A DNA stretch of 64,000 bases from an uncultured delta proteobacterium. Its GTDB lineage: Bacteria; Desulfobacterota; WTBG01. The position numbers were made by a program, and so were the translations under genes. Each line of letters begins with the position of its first letter. Within the stretch, counting starts at the first letter, position 1. This document shows positions 20,133 to 30,629 of this stretch, in pieces. The notes under the pieces were generated by a model that saw only the letters and a list, made by a program, of their open reading frames with translations, was not told the DNA's origin and ran no database searches. The stretch covers positions 256,001 through 320,000 of the forward strand of contig CAWCBP010000004.1 in NCBI GenBank assembly GCA_963793865.1. Direction: 5' to 3'.

Positions 20133-22508
20133 ATGAAAACCAAGGTCCTGATCCTGATTTTGATTATTGCATCTGCGGTATTGTGTAACACGCCCGTATG
20201 GGGATGGAACCTTATTCTTCCTACCGGTGGCAGGGTTGCGGTTGAGCTGGTTACCTCGTACGCGGACTATCACAATACACTTTCTTTGGTCAGTCCCGGC
20301 GCAGCCATAGTTTTATCAGGCTGCGAAGTTGAAGCCATCAATGCTCTGCCGCTGGAGCTCCTCAGCGAGAAAACCTCACAACATGGGTGCAGAGTTGAGC
20401 TTGATGCCGATCCCGCTACCGCAGGCGTTCAGCCCTTTGCTGCCAACGATACGCTCGAATTTAACTTGTGTGCTCAGTCGGACGCTAATCCTGCTACGTG
20501 TGAGAACTACTGGTCAAGCGATCCTGACAGTAATTCCGATCACCAAGACCATGTGAAAACGACCGAACTGTATCCCGGTGATCCAAACGTTGGCGGACGG
20601 GTATTCATGCTTGCATGGGAAGATTATAACAATCTCGGAGACCAGGATTTCAATGATCTTATAGCCATTGTAAGAGTAGTGCAGGATACTGATGAGGACG
20701 GGCTTTGGGATGACTGGGAATCTAAAGGGATAGATACCAATGGAGATGGAAGTCCCGATTATACGCTTCCTGATGGGCCCGATCCCAGGCATAAGGATAT
20801 TTATCTTGAAATCGACTTCATGGACTGCAGTGTTGCCGGTAGCGACTGTGTAGCAGGGGATACCCATAGTCACAGACCCAAGGCGGCTGCGATCACTGAA
20901 GCCAGGCAGGCCTTTGCTAATGCCGATGTGACAAATCCCGACGGGATTAACGGTATTACGCTTCACGCGGACATAGATGATGCCATTGCCCATGACAACG
21001 AACTGAATCTGGGATGTTTTGGCGGTGCTCTGAACTTCGATACCATTAAAAACGATCCAAACTTTTTTGGGCCGAACAACCCCCGCCGCTTTACCCACCA
21101 TTACGTAATATTTGGACATCGACAGACATCTAACGGCACAAGTTCAGGGTGCGGGGAAGTGCACGGGAATGATTTTCTGGTCACGCTGGGGGAGTGGAAT
21201 ACGACATGCGTCTCCGAGGGGCCTAATGACGTATCAAATACGACCCCGGCCGGGGATGATCTCATCATGAATAATACAATTATTGTCAGCGGGCCCGACC
21301 TTACCTGCAATACAACTGCTGCAGGGGATGATGTGCAGGAGGTGGCCAACGGGAGCGCCCCTCCCAACGACGTGGATGGGGATGGTCTGGAAGACAGAAC
21401 AGTCGGAACCGTTCGTCAACAGTCAGGAACCCTGATGCATGAGCTGGGTCATAACCTGATACTGGAACACGGAGGCGATGTTAAAACCAATTACAAGCCA
21501 AATTACCTGAGTAACATGAATTATTGGTTTCAATTTGGTATACCACCAAATGACCGGCTCGATTATTCTTCAGATGACCTGCCCGATTTAGTCGAAAACA
21601 ACAACCTGAACGAGCCTCTTGGGATACAAGACGGGACAGATGATACTCGTTATGTTTGTCTGGGTTGTACCACCGTTCGTACCGGTGTAGGTACAGGTTC
21701 AATAAATTGGAATTGTGACGCTAATGCAGGAACAGACACAGCGGCCAACGAAGACATTAATTGTGATGGTGCATTGAATACGTTGACCGGCTATGATGAC
21801 TGGGAACATCTGAAGTATGACTTCCAGACCTCATCGCAGAATTTCCAGGACGGGGTGCATGACAATCTTGATGTCCCTGACATGAGCTTCTCGACCTACA
21901 TGATGGTTATAAATCACCCGCCGGTTGCAGTGGCCGGTTCCGACCAGACAATCGATTGTACCTGTTCAGCCGGGGCCGCTGTTACGCTCGATGCCTCAGG
22001 TTCCTACGACGTCGACAATGACCCGTTGACCTATACCTGGGAAGGGGTTTTTGGGACACTTACCGGTGCAGTGGTGCAGCCGGCACTTCCTCCCGGATTA
22101 CACACCGTCATCTTGACCGTCGAGGATAACAAGGGCGGCTCCGCCAGCGAGTCCATTGTTGTCACTGTCAATGAGGATACAGCACCTCCGGTCATTTCGT
22201 GCAACGCACCCGCTACCATAACCCCGCCAACTGCTCCTTTATCGTTTACTGCCACAGTTACGGACGCGTGCGATGACGATCCTCTGTTTGAAATCAAGGA
22301 ATACGACTGCTATTTCCATACCAGGAAAGGAAGACGGATAGATAAGACGGCATCCTGCATGGTAGAGATAAGCGGAGATACGATAACCATTCTGGACACC
22401 GGTGGTATAGCTGACCACATCAGCTGGAAAATTCCTGCTGCTGACAAGTGTGGAAACACAACCGAGTTAGAGTGCACGGTAGCAGTAACCAATCCGGCTA
22501 TCCCATAA
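20133..22508 (+). CDS. Secreted zinc metalloprotease-like protein with DUF4114-like N-domain and PKD/HYR-like C-terminal domains
   Basis: AWEDYNNLGDQDFNDLI; DTDEDGLWDDWE; MHELGHNLILEHGG; YLSNMNY; NHPPVAVAG..LDASGSYDVD; DTAPPVISC. Confidence 0.85.
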   Translation: MKTKVLILILIIASAVLCNTPVWGWNLILPTGGRVAVELVTSYADYHNTLSLVSPGAAIVLSGCEVEAINALPLELLSEKTSQHGCRVELDADPATAGVQPFAANDTLEFNLCAQSDANPATCENYWSSDPDSNSDHQDHVKTTELYPGDPNVGGRVFMLAWEDYNNLGDQDFNDLIAIVRVVQDTDEDGLWDDWESKGIDTNGDGSPDYTLPDGPDPRHKDIYLEIDFMDCSVAGSDCVAGDTHSHRPKAAAITEARQAFANADVTNPDGINGITLHADIDDAIAHDNELNLGCFGGALNFDTIKNDPNFFGPNNPRRFTHHYVIFGHRQTSNGTSSGCGEVHGNDFLVTLGEWNTTCVSEGPNDVSNTTPAGDDLIMNNTIIVSGPDLTCNTTAAGDDVQEVANGSAPPNDVDGDGLEDRTVGTVRQQSGTLMHELGHNLILEHGGDVKTNYKPNYLSNMNYWFQFGIPPNDRLDYSSDDLPDLVENNNLNEPLGIQDGTDDTRYVCLGCTTVRTGVGTGSINWNCDANAGTDTAANEDINCDGALNTLTGYDDWEHLKYDFQTSSQNFQDGVHDNLDVPDMSFSTYMMVINHPPVAVAGSDQTIDCTCSAGAAVTLDASGSYDVDNDPLTYTWEGVFGTLTGAVVQPALPPGLHTVILTVEDNKGGSASESIVVTVNEDTAPPVISCNAPATITPPTAPLSFTATVTDACDDDPLFEIKEYDCYFHTRKGRRIDKTASCMVEISGDTITILDTGGIADHISWKIPAADKCGNTTELECTVAVTNPAIP

Positions 22509-22818
22509 CCTTCACAAGTTGAAAGATTGTCATACGTTTTAAACAAATCTAGAAATGCAGGGGTTCGTAAGGGCCCCTGCATCTTTTTTGGGAATATGCT
22601 ATGTCACCCATGGCCACTAAAAATAGTACGACCGTCTGCAAAAATATTGCCTGCGTCGCAGCTCGAATAGTTTGCATTACAGATTTATTGCAACCCCAGG
22701 ATGTCGAACTCAAATTATAAGAATTAATACATGGCATTATAAGAAATGTTTACACCAAACATGATTGGCAAATAACAAAAGCCAATAAATTTATAATGTT
22801 ATCGAGCAATACAATGCG

Positions 22819-22834
22819 TGGCATGTATTATGCT
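22819..22834 (+). promoter_or_regulatory. Putative sigma54 (-24/-12) promoter
   Basis: TGGCATGTATTATGCT, GG-N10-GC spacing, in an AT-rich intergenic region. Confidence 0.5.
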
Positions 22835-23001
22835 GTTTGATCAGGTACTGATGTGCTTTATCTTATCAGCAGAGACAGGCCTTATATGCTCACCTTTCGA
22901 TCGACCGGGCTTGCCCCGGGGAAGGAGGTTAATGTTGCGTTTAATGACATGAGAAGGGTAGAGGAAAAAATAAATTGAGGCACATTAAGAGGAGGTATGA
23001 C

Positions 23002-24036
23002 GTGAAACGAATGGTAATAAGTATGGCAGCATTGATTCTGGTGATTGGCGTTTCAACTGCAATGGCCGCAAAACCCCTGGATGTCATTCCGCTCAGTAAC
23101 GGCTTTCCCAGCGGACCCCACTTCAACCTGAACATCCATGGAAAAGACTGCGAAACATATGTTTGTGATCCGACAGCGGGCGGTGGATCGATATTCATCG
23201 GCGAATATGGGTCATCAACCATACAATATGTTACGAACAGATTGTCACTTGCAACAGAGTTGACAGCACTGGATCCCTGCGCGGAGTGTTTTGATGGTGA
23301 CCCTGCAAAAGTTCGCTTACCCTACGAAGCCCAGGGCTATTATGTATTTGCAAGACTTCGGGGAAAACCAAACAATGGGTCAAACGCCGGAGATCCGAGT
23401 ACAGTTCTTCTCTACCCGAATGACGTAGTACAACTCTGTAATGAGGATCCCCTCAATCCTGACCCCGCTTTCCCTGATTCTACAGAGTGCCTCCTGCCAG
23501 TGGGGTTGATTACTGTGCGGGATGTATATGACGCAACGCCGGAAGGGTTTGTGCGATTTGATCCGGCTGCATCAACAGGCAAAGGAAAGTCTATTGCGAC
23601 TGATATAACACGCCTGTTCATGTGGTCAGGCTGGGTCATTGATGCCAGTCTCGATATCAGCGGGCCGGACGGTGTGCCAGATGGTGTGATAGATGCTTAT
23701 GATGTTCCTATCACTTATGATGCGAATTTGAATGGGATCATTGATCCAGACGAATTACAAACTTGGTTACAGGAGCAGGCACTGCTTGGTCTGGCTACCT
23801 ATTATGAAAATGAATGGATCTTAAATATTGCAGACCTGGTAGTAAGTCAGCAGGACATCATTAACGATGGTGGTAAGTTGTTAAACATCAGGTTCTATCC
23901 GGTAGCAACAACCACGTATATGGAAAACTGTTCTGATGGGATAGACAATGACCGGGATGGGTTAATCGACTGTGCGGATGGCGATTGCCTGGATAATATC
24001 GCCTGTCCGGCACCGGCACCCCTTCTACTCCAGTAA
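23002..24036 (+). CDS. Secreted hypothetical protein with EF-hand-like motifs and a C-terminal [20 protein letters not shown] repeat
   Basis: AGGAGG RBS before GTG 23002; signal peptide AMA-A. Confidence 0.8.
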   Translation: MKRMVISMAALILVIGVSTAMAAKPLDVIPLSNGFPSGPHFNLNIHGKDCETYVCDPTAGGGSIFIGEYGSSTIQYVTNRLSLATELTALDPCAECFDGDPAKVRLPYEAQGYYVFARLRGKPNNGSNAGDPSTVLLYPNDVVQLCNEDPLNPDPAFPDSTECLLPVGLITVRDVYDATPEGFVRFDPAASTGKGKSIATDITRLFMWSGWVIDASLDISGPDGVPDGVIDAYDVPITYDANLNGIIDPDELQTWLQEQALLGLATYYENEWILNIADLVVSQQDIINDGGKLLNIRFYPVATTTYMENCSDGIDNDRDGLIDCADGDCLDNIACPAPAPLLLQ

Positions 24037-24069
24037 AGAACAGCAACATATATTTTCTTACAATCAACG

Positions 24070-24108
24070 AAAAAACAGGAGCCTTGAAAAAGGGCTCCTG
24101 TTTTTTTC
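24070..24108. terminator. Bidirectional intrinsic terminator
   Basis: aaaaaacaggagcctt-gaaa-aagggctcctgttttttt between convergent genes. Confidence 0.85.
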
Positions 24109-24308
24109 ACCTTAGTCCCGCAAAGAATGAGGGGACGTTGTTTCCTATAACAACTTATTCCCGGGCACAATACATCGCGCTTTATGGGCATACAATTGTT
24201 TAATCGATTGCCCAAAAAAATGCATTATCGGACGACGCGGGAACAGTGCGTTGCTAAAGAACCTGCATTCCCTTTTATACGGATTAAGGCGCCTGCCCCA
24301 ATGCCAGG

Positions 24309-26252
24309 CTACTGTTTAATCCAGAACAGAGCCCGCGGGGTGGCGCTCATGACATCAAGCATGGTCGCCGCGCCGTTGCCGGCAACGCTTTCCAGACGGT
24401 AATAGTAGGTTTTGCGATTGGTAAGGTCGGAATCAGTAAACGTGTATGACTCTCCCCCAGCGGCAGTACCCTGCGCGGGAATAATCGCATCATTGAGTTT
24501 TACCGCTTCGCTGCCTTTCTCCTCCATGCGGTACAGGTTAAAGCCGGTACAATCAGCCTCCAAGTCTGTGGTCCACCGGAGAATGACTTTGCGGAACCGT
24601 GGGAGAGCGCTGCTGGATGAAAGAGTAACTCCGGTGTAGGGAAAGCTCAAAAACTGCGGCTGATCATATTCCTGAAAGTAGCGGTGCGGCGCCTGCAAGG
24701 TGTAGTACATCCCGTCTCCGGTGAAAACAGTGCCAAACGTCGTGACGCTCTGGCCAAAGCCCCCGGTGCGCGATATGTTGTTATTGGGTTTCTCCTGGCT
24801 CGTATCGCTGAGCACCCTCCAGCAGGCCTGCATGTCAAAGGTTTCTGTTTCAGTAAGCAGCCGCATCAACGTTTCATAGCGCTTCCACGAGGATTCGTAA
24901 TAATAATCCGGATCGACATTGAAATCGCCCACAAAATGGTTGGAAGACCCGATATAACTGACCCCGTACGGTGACTGCTCGCCGTAGGTTACATCCATAT
25001 CCCCGGTGCGGATCTGGATTTTGGCCATGGTGGACCCGTTGAAATCCACGATGTGAACAATTGCCCCGCTCGGCCCAAAGACATGCCCGCTTGCGCTGAA
25101 CTCCTCAAAAAGGGCAACCGCCTCCTCCAGCGTTGCCGCGTGTTCCATGACCGTCCGCAGCATCAGGTTCGGGTTGAGCCCGATTAACGAATCGGGACAG
25201 GGAGCGCCGTAATTGGTCGTGACCGCTATCCCCTTTTCATTGAGGCCGTATCCCACAAACACCCAGCCGGGCGGATCGATGGTAATGTAGGAATAATCGC
25301 CATTGTCCGGCTGAAAATACATGATGGCGCTGCCGTTGACCATGCTCTGCGCGTCAGTGTTGTGGCCGAAAAACGTTCCCGCCTCCGAAGAAACCGCAAA
25401 GCCGGTGCAGCCATGCAGTTCGTATGAGGGGGGAGCATCGGGGATGGAGGACATGTTTTCCATGTTCAGCAGCTCAGTGGCCATATTGAGGGTCAGGACA
25501 ATGTCCCAGGCTGTGTCGTAGTTCATCGGCCGGACATCCGCCAGGCCGGCAGCCATGCCTCTCATATGATCGGCGGCGCTCTGCGGTTCCAGATCCTTAA
25601 CTTCATCATAATACTTTTCCGGCGTCCAGCCGTGTCCGGGGCCCACATAATTAAGGACGGTCCTCATGGTGTTGCTGAAATCGATGATGAAGTCCGGAAA
25701 GGTCCGGCCGACCTGCCGCCCGATGTCATACCAGCTTCCCTTGAACACCGCAACCGGGGCAAACTTCTCTATTTTATTCCGGCAGACATCGTCATTCTGG
25801 TCAGGATTGGGAACGGTGGGACAGCTGTCGTCGTTGTCGCAGAATCCGTCGCCGTCCAGGTCCTTGCCCCCGTTGCCGGAACAATAATCGCAGGCATCAC
25901 CGTATCCATCGGCATCGGCATCCTCCTGACCCATGCCGCAGGCGCCTCCCCATCCGCATTCCCTGTCTTTGAGACACTGATCACCTCTTCTCAAGCCCGC
26001 CACACAGGTGCCCCGATCCGGCCCGTTTGCAATGAAAGGACAGTTGTCGGCATCGGGATAGGAGGGAGTGCAGTTTGCGCAGGCGTTGTCAGGAAGGCCG
26101 TCGCAGTCGGTGTCGAATATTTCATTCTGCGCATCTCCCTGAGTTACGGCGATAGTGCATGGATCCATCGCAAAGGATGGTGCCGGGCCGTTCAGACACC
26201 ACAGGAGAACGGGAAAGAGAATGATCAGCAGCATCTTTGGTGAGTGTTTCAT
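24309..26252 (-). CDS. Secreted C45-family (Ntn hydrolase) peptidase with TSP3-like repeats and FN3-like C-terminal domain
   Basis: GSWYDIGRQVG; G-CTGFAV nucleophile; GHNTD; GLNEKGIAV; SSNHF; S..RY. Confidence 0.85.
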   Translation of the reverse strand: MKHSPKMLLIILFPVLLWCLNGPAPSFAMDPCTIAVTQGDAQNEIFDTDCDGLPDNACANCTPSYPDADNCPFIANGPDRGTCVAGLRRGDQCLKDRECGWGGACGMGQEDADADGYGDACDYCSGNGGKDLDGDGFCDNDDSCPTVPNPDQNDDVCRNKIEKFAPVAVFKGSWYDIGRQVGRTFPDFIIDFSNTMRTVLNYVGPGHGWTPEKYYDEVKDLEPQSAADHMRGMAAGLADVRPMNYDTAWDIVLTLNMATELLNMENMSSIPDAPPSYELHGCTGFAVSSEAGTFFGHNTDAQSMVNGSAIMYFQPDNGDYSYITIDPPGWVFVGYGLNEKGIAVTTNYGAPCPDSLIGLNPNLMLRTVMEHAATLEEAVALFEEFSASGHVFGPSGAIVHIVDFNGSTMAKIQIRTGDMDVTYGEQSPYGVSYIGSSNHFVGDFNVDPDYYYESSWKRYETLMRLLTETETFDMQACWRVLSDTSQEKPNNNISRTGGFGQSVTTFGTVFTGDGMYYTLQAPHRYFQEYDQPQFLSFPYTGVTLSSSSALPRFRKVILRWTTDLEADCTGFNLYRMEEKGSEAVKLNDAIIPAQGTAAGGESYTFTDSDLTNRKTYYYRLESVAGNGAATMLDVMSATPRALFWIKQ

Positions 26253-26548
26253 GCACCAACTCCTTTCATGTATGGTATTTTTTGAGATGTGGATATGGTG
26301 AGCATTTCCCGAACAATGGTACGGTTAACGATTGCATATTCAATGAGGATTTGTCAACCCTCCCCTTGCAGACTGACAGACCGGGAGTAATTGCAAAGGA
26401 CGGCAGTGCGCTGAACGCGATTTATGCCTCGCCTTCCAAAACAGTTTACTATATAGTATTGGATAAACAGACATGCTCTTAAAATCTGCAACCCAAGGAA
26501 AATGCGCCGGGTGGCCAGGGCGCAACGAACACAAGGAGAAGATTACAC

Positions 26549-27553
26549 ATGCACCGATTATTGCGGCTGATTTCAGCTTCTTTTGTAATGGTGATGCTGT
26601 CGTCGGCGTTGCCGCCAGCGGCCGCCCCCGCAGCCGGCGTGTTTCCGGAAGTCATCAGTCTGCCTGATGACTTTCAGCCGGAGGGAATCGCCATCGGCCG
26701 CGGAACCAGTTTCTACGCCGGGTCATTAGCCGACGGATCAATCTACAAGGGGGATTTGTATACCGGCGCCGGCTCCATCCTGGTGCAGCCGGAGTCCGGG
26801 CGCCTGATTGCCGGTCTTGCTGTGGACACGTGCAGCAACATTCTCTTTGCCGCGGGAACGCTCAGCGGCCGGGGCTTTGCTTTCGACGCGGAAAACGGCG
26901 CTCTGCTGGCGGCGTATCAGCTGGCTACCGACTTTCCCAGCCTCATCAATGACGTGGTGGTTACTCGTGACGCAGCCTATTTTACCGATTCGTTCCAGCC
27001 CTTTTTGTACCGAGTGCCGCTGGGACCATTTGGCAAGCTCCCTGATGAATCATCGGTGGAACGCATCCCATTGGGCGGCGAATTTATCCAGGTGCCCGGC
27101 CCGTTTGTCTTCAACAGCAACGGGATTGAGGCTTCGTCAAACGGCAGGTGGCTGCTGATAATCAATTCCAATCGCAGTGAACTGTACCGGGTAGATCCAC
27201 GCACCGGCGATGCCGTCAAAGTCGATGTGGGTGATGCCGATCTCAGCTACGGTGACGGTCTGTGTCTGCGAGGGCGCTCCCTGTACATGGTGCAAAACCG
27301 GCTCAACCGGATTGCCGTGATCAGGCTGGCGCCTGATTTCACCAGCGGCACCGCCGTGCGGACAATTACCGATCCTGACTTTGCCGTGCCCACAACGCTT
27401 GACCGCTTTCGGGCCCTGGCTCTATGCGGTAAATTCGCAGCCACCCTTTACCGTTGTTCGCGTGCTGTGGTGGGGACAGTGGTAAAAGTCACCAATGAAT
27501 GGTTGATGCTGACCATCATGTTCTTATGGCCCGTGCTGCGAATCCGCCGGTAG
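26549..27553 (+). CDS. Secreted SMP-30/gluconolactonase-like beta-propeller protein (3' end probably frameshifted)
   Basis: LPDDFQPEGIA, INDVVV..AYFTDS, NGI, GDGL, VQNRLN, PDFAVPTT. Confidence 0.8.
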   Translation: MHRLLRLISASFVMVMLSSALPPAAAPAAGVFPEVISLPDDFQPEGIAIGRGTSFYAGSLADGSIYKGDLYTGAGSILVQPESGRLIAGLAVDTCSNILFAAGTLSGRGFAFDAENGALLAAYQLATDFPSLINDVVVTRDAAYFTDSFQPFLYRVPLGPFGKLPDESSVERIPLGGEFIQVPGPFVFNSNGIEASSNGRWLLIINSNRSELYRVDPRTGDAVKVDVGDADLSYGDGLCLRGRSLYMVQNRLNRIAVIRLAPDFTSGTAVRTITDPDFAVPTTLDRFRALALCGKFAATLYRCSRAVVGTVVKVTNEWLMLTIMFLWPVLRIRR

Positions 27554-27714
27554 CGCGCAGAGGTATTCCCATGACACGCCCGTGAAATGAAAAAAACAGG
27601 AAGAAATTTTTTTGGTTTTGATGCTTGAAGGCAGCAGACATAACCCCGCTTTTCTCAGATGGCAGTCTGAGAAGGCGGGGTTTGTCTCTGTGCAGAGACG
27701 GTTCCGACAAGAAG

Positions 27715-28500
27715 TTAGCGCGCGGCAGCCTTCATTTCAGGGACAGTAACAATAAAGCCCTTTATTAAATGATAGAATGCGAACATGTAGGCAAAGGTTT
27801 TGGGGATCATAAACATTCCGAAGCTTCTATTCACGGGAATAAGCGCCAGGGAAAGGAAGAAAAACAAAAACGAGAAGGCAAAGCCGGCTCCGGCGCGGGA
27901 CAATGCCCTCTCCTGCGTTTGTGCGGGCGGATCCGCTGCTCGTGCCAGGGCGTCGCGGGAACAGCGAATAAGCTTGTAGACGGTCATTACACCGAAGATG
28001 ATAAAAAGGATAATGTGAGGGGCCCAGACGGCAATAATATAATCAAGGGTGTATATCCCCAGCGCGTTGGGCGCCGCGCCCGGCAGGATAAGCACAACGG
28101 CCGCCAGGGCAAGACCGGTGACGATTTTATCATATGGCTTAAACGCGCCCTGCTGATAACGGGCAACGATAAACAGGGCCCACAGGGTGTAATACACGAT
28201 AAAAACCAGGGCATCAAAAAACATGGTGAAGGTCCGTGCTTCAAACACGGTTCCTGCAACGCTGACGGAACCTGTCGTGCTCCCGGTGTAGGCGCTGATG
28301 GTCCCTCCAATGGTGTGGAGCAGGTCGCCGACAAACACAATGGCTGCACCGATCCACAGATAGCCCATCTGCATCCTGACAGACCCTTCAGTCCGCTGCC
28401 ATTTCCTGAATGCCAGAACGCCCGAGACAACGACGAATGCAAGCCAGGCAATCATCAGCGCCCAGGTCACAATCTCGATCATCAGGGTTGAAGAATCCAT
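27715..28500 (-). CDS. Polytopic (about seven TM) membrane protein
   Basis: Seven hydrophobic stretches; GDLLHT in helix 2. Confidence 0.75.
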   Translation of the reverse strand: MDSSTLMIEIVTWALMIAWLAFVVVSGVLAFRKWQRTEGSVRMQMGYLWIGAAIVFVGDLLHTIGGTISAYTGSTTGSVSVAGTVFEARTFTMFFDALVFIVYYTLWALFIVARYQQGAFKPYDKIVTGLALAAVVLILPGAAPNALGIYTLDYIIAVWAPHIILFIIFGVMTVYKLIRCSRDALARAADPPAQTQERALSRAGAGFAFSFLFFFLSLALIPVNRSFGMFMIPKTFAYMFAFYHLIKGFIVTVPEMKAAAR

Positions 28501-28563
28501 GAGGCTGACCTTACAACCGTATTGTATCCCTGTTCCAGCCACGAACCAAAAGCGCCCTTGTGG

Positions 28564-29232
28564 TCAATCCTTAATACAGCGCACCGCAATACCAAAGGCC
28601 TTGGTTATGGCTTGATCATCCCTGAAAATGCCACTCTGGCCATAATCGAGCATCCTGGTCCATGCGTGGGTTGCGTCGTATTCAGTGGCGGTCCAGAACA
28701 TGACGTGCTGGCCCTGCATGTTGAAAAAACCGGAATTGAAACGGCTGCCGCTCGGCAAGGCTGAAAACCCGCTTACGTTGGTAGCGCCGGTATTGGGCCT
28801 TCTCCATAAGCCGGTTCCGTCTTCTTTCGTTCCGGTTGCCTTCATCATACCGCCGGCAATGTGGCTTTCTTCCATGTCAGCTTCCGGATCTGCTTGAGGG
28901 TCAAGATATTTTACAAGAGTTGACCACTCCTCATCAGTTGCCAGATGCCAGCCTTCAGGACAGGCATCCATCGCCGCTTCCCAGTCATAGAGCCTTCCAT
29001 ACAGGTCGCAATTTGCCGGATCGTCCTTATAACACCAGCTGTTTTCAGTCTCATAGTTCAGGTCCTGCGCAAGCCAGGTCTGCTCCCCCAACTTTACCGT
29101 TTGATACGTCTGCCCATCACGCGCATCGTTCATCTCACCGAATTCCGGATTAGGATCACGCACACATCCGGTAACGACAAACACCATTGTCATTATTAAT
29201 ATCAAAAACGTGGTCATGTTCTTCATTGCCAT
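28564..29232 (-). CDS. FISUMP (Fib_succ_major) domain lipoprotein, paralog A
   Basis: Lipobox VTGC; DARDGQTYQTVKLG.QTWLA..LNY; YGRLYDW; ACPEGWHL; GFSALPSG; AVRCIKD. Confidence 0.92.
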   Translation of the reverse strand: MAMKNMTTFLILIMTMVFVVTGCVRDPNPEFGEMNDARDGQTYQTVKLGEQTWLAQDLNYETENSWCYKDDPANCDLYGRLYDWEAAMDACPEGWHLATDEEWSTLVKYLDPQADPEADMEESHIAGGMMKATGTKEDGTGLWRRPNTGATNVSGFSALPSGSRFNSGFFNMQGQHVMFWTATEYDATHAWTRMLDYGQSGIFRDDQAITKAFGIAVRCIKD

Positions 29233-29276
29233 CCTCCCTGGTAGTACATACTACCTGGCGACAGTGAGGTTATCGG

Positions 29277-29939
29277 TTAATCCATGATACAACGTACGGA
29301 AAGGCCCTGGGTCCTGGTTACATTGGAGTTGTCCCGGTAAATGCCGCCGATGCCATAATCGAGGATCCGGAACCAAACGCTATTGGCGTCGTACTCGGTA
29401 GAGGTCCAGTAGATGGCGTGCATACCCATCACCATGCAAGAGCCGTCGTCGAAACGGGCGCCGCCCGGTACGGATGAAAACCCGCTTATGTTGGTGGCAT
29501 CCTTATTAGGACTGTTCCACAAGCCGGTCCCGTCTTCTTTCGTGCCGGTTGCCTTCATCATGCCGCCGGCAATCTCGCTTTCTATCCAATTGCTCGGATC
29601 CGCTTTACGATCCAGATATTTTATAAGGGTTGACCATTCTTCATCACTGGCCAGATGCCAGCCGGCGGGGCAGGCGTCCATCGCCGATTCCCAGTCGTAG
29701 AGCCTTCCATACACTTCACAATTCGCGGGATCATCCCCATAACACCAGCTGTTTGCGGTCTCGTAGTTAAGGTCATGAGCAAGCCAGGTCTGTTTTCCCA
29801 GTTTTACCGTTTGATATGTCTGGTCATCACGCGCATCAGTCATCTCGCCGAATTCTGGCTTGGGATCATTCACGCAACCCGCAACCAAAACAAACATCAC
29901 CGCAATTACCATTAAGGAAACCGCCGCAAATCGCTTCAT
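29277..29939 (-). CDS. FISUMP domain lipoprotein, paralog B
   Basis: Lipobox VAGC; same motifs; tandem paralog of 28564. Confidence 0.92.
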   Translation of the reverse strand: MKRFAAVSLMVIAVMFVLVAGCVNDPKPEFGEMTDARDDQTYQTVKLGKQTWLAHDLNYETANSWCYGDDPANCEVYGRLYDWESAMDACPAGWHLASDEEWSTLIKYLDRKADPSNWIESEIAGGMMKATGTKEDGTGLWNSPNKDATNISGFSSVPGGARFDDGSCMVMGMHAIYWTSTEYDANSVWFRILDYGIGGIYRDNSNVTRTQGLSVRCIMD

Positions 29940-29986
29940 TTATGACCTCCCTGTAAAAGTAGTTTGTGCATCTGGAAGCGTCTCTG

Positions 29987-30598
29987 CTATTCTCCTATCA
30001 GCTGCCAACACCCCATCAATCATCGTTTTTACATCATGCTTAAACTTCTCATCTGCTTGCATTGCCCGTACTATCAACGGGGCTCCACTGATAATAGAGT
30101 TTAATAAGCTCCTGGCCCTCCGGAGTCTGGCGCAACAGGTTGTCGCGCACCGCCCTCAGTAGCGCGGCTTCGACAGAACCTTGCCCGTAGACCTCTTCAG
30201 CCGGACAGGTCGAATCCGGCACCGTGGTTGTGGTCGTAAAGTCACCACACGCAACACCATGACATCCCGCAGTCAGGCAGGAGGCGCCCGAAGGCACATA
30301 GTCGTCACTGCCTTCATGGAACCCAACCAGGCTGCACAGTTCCGCATTAACGAGCGAACGCGGATGGCACACAAGGCATGCCGCTGCGTGCACATTACCC
30401 CGCTCGGTTGGTCCCTCATGGCAGGCGAAACAATCAGTATGGGTGCCATGCAAGCCTTCCAGGGCAAACTCGCCCAGGTCATGACATGCAAGGCATCCCG
30501 ATGCATCAACCATGGGGTGCGCGGCACTCATGGGCGGCAAGACCAGAGCGGCGGTACATAAAACCGATGCATAAAATGAAGGCACCATATTTTCTCAT
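29987..30598 (-). CDS. Small exported multiheme c-type cytochrome with CFI-box-CTERM-like tail (frameshifts at both ends)
   Basis: CLACH, CFACH, CLVCH, CLTAGCH; TTTTT linker; CPAEEVYG..LLRAVRDNLL..PEGQELIKLYYQWSP. Confidence 0.75.
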
Positions 30599-30629
30599 GC
30601 AAAAAGCCCCTTTTTGAGCCGGACGATCG

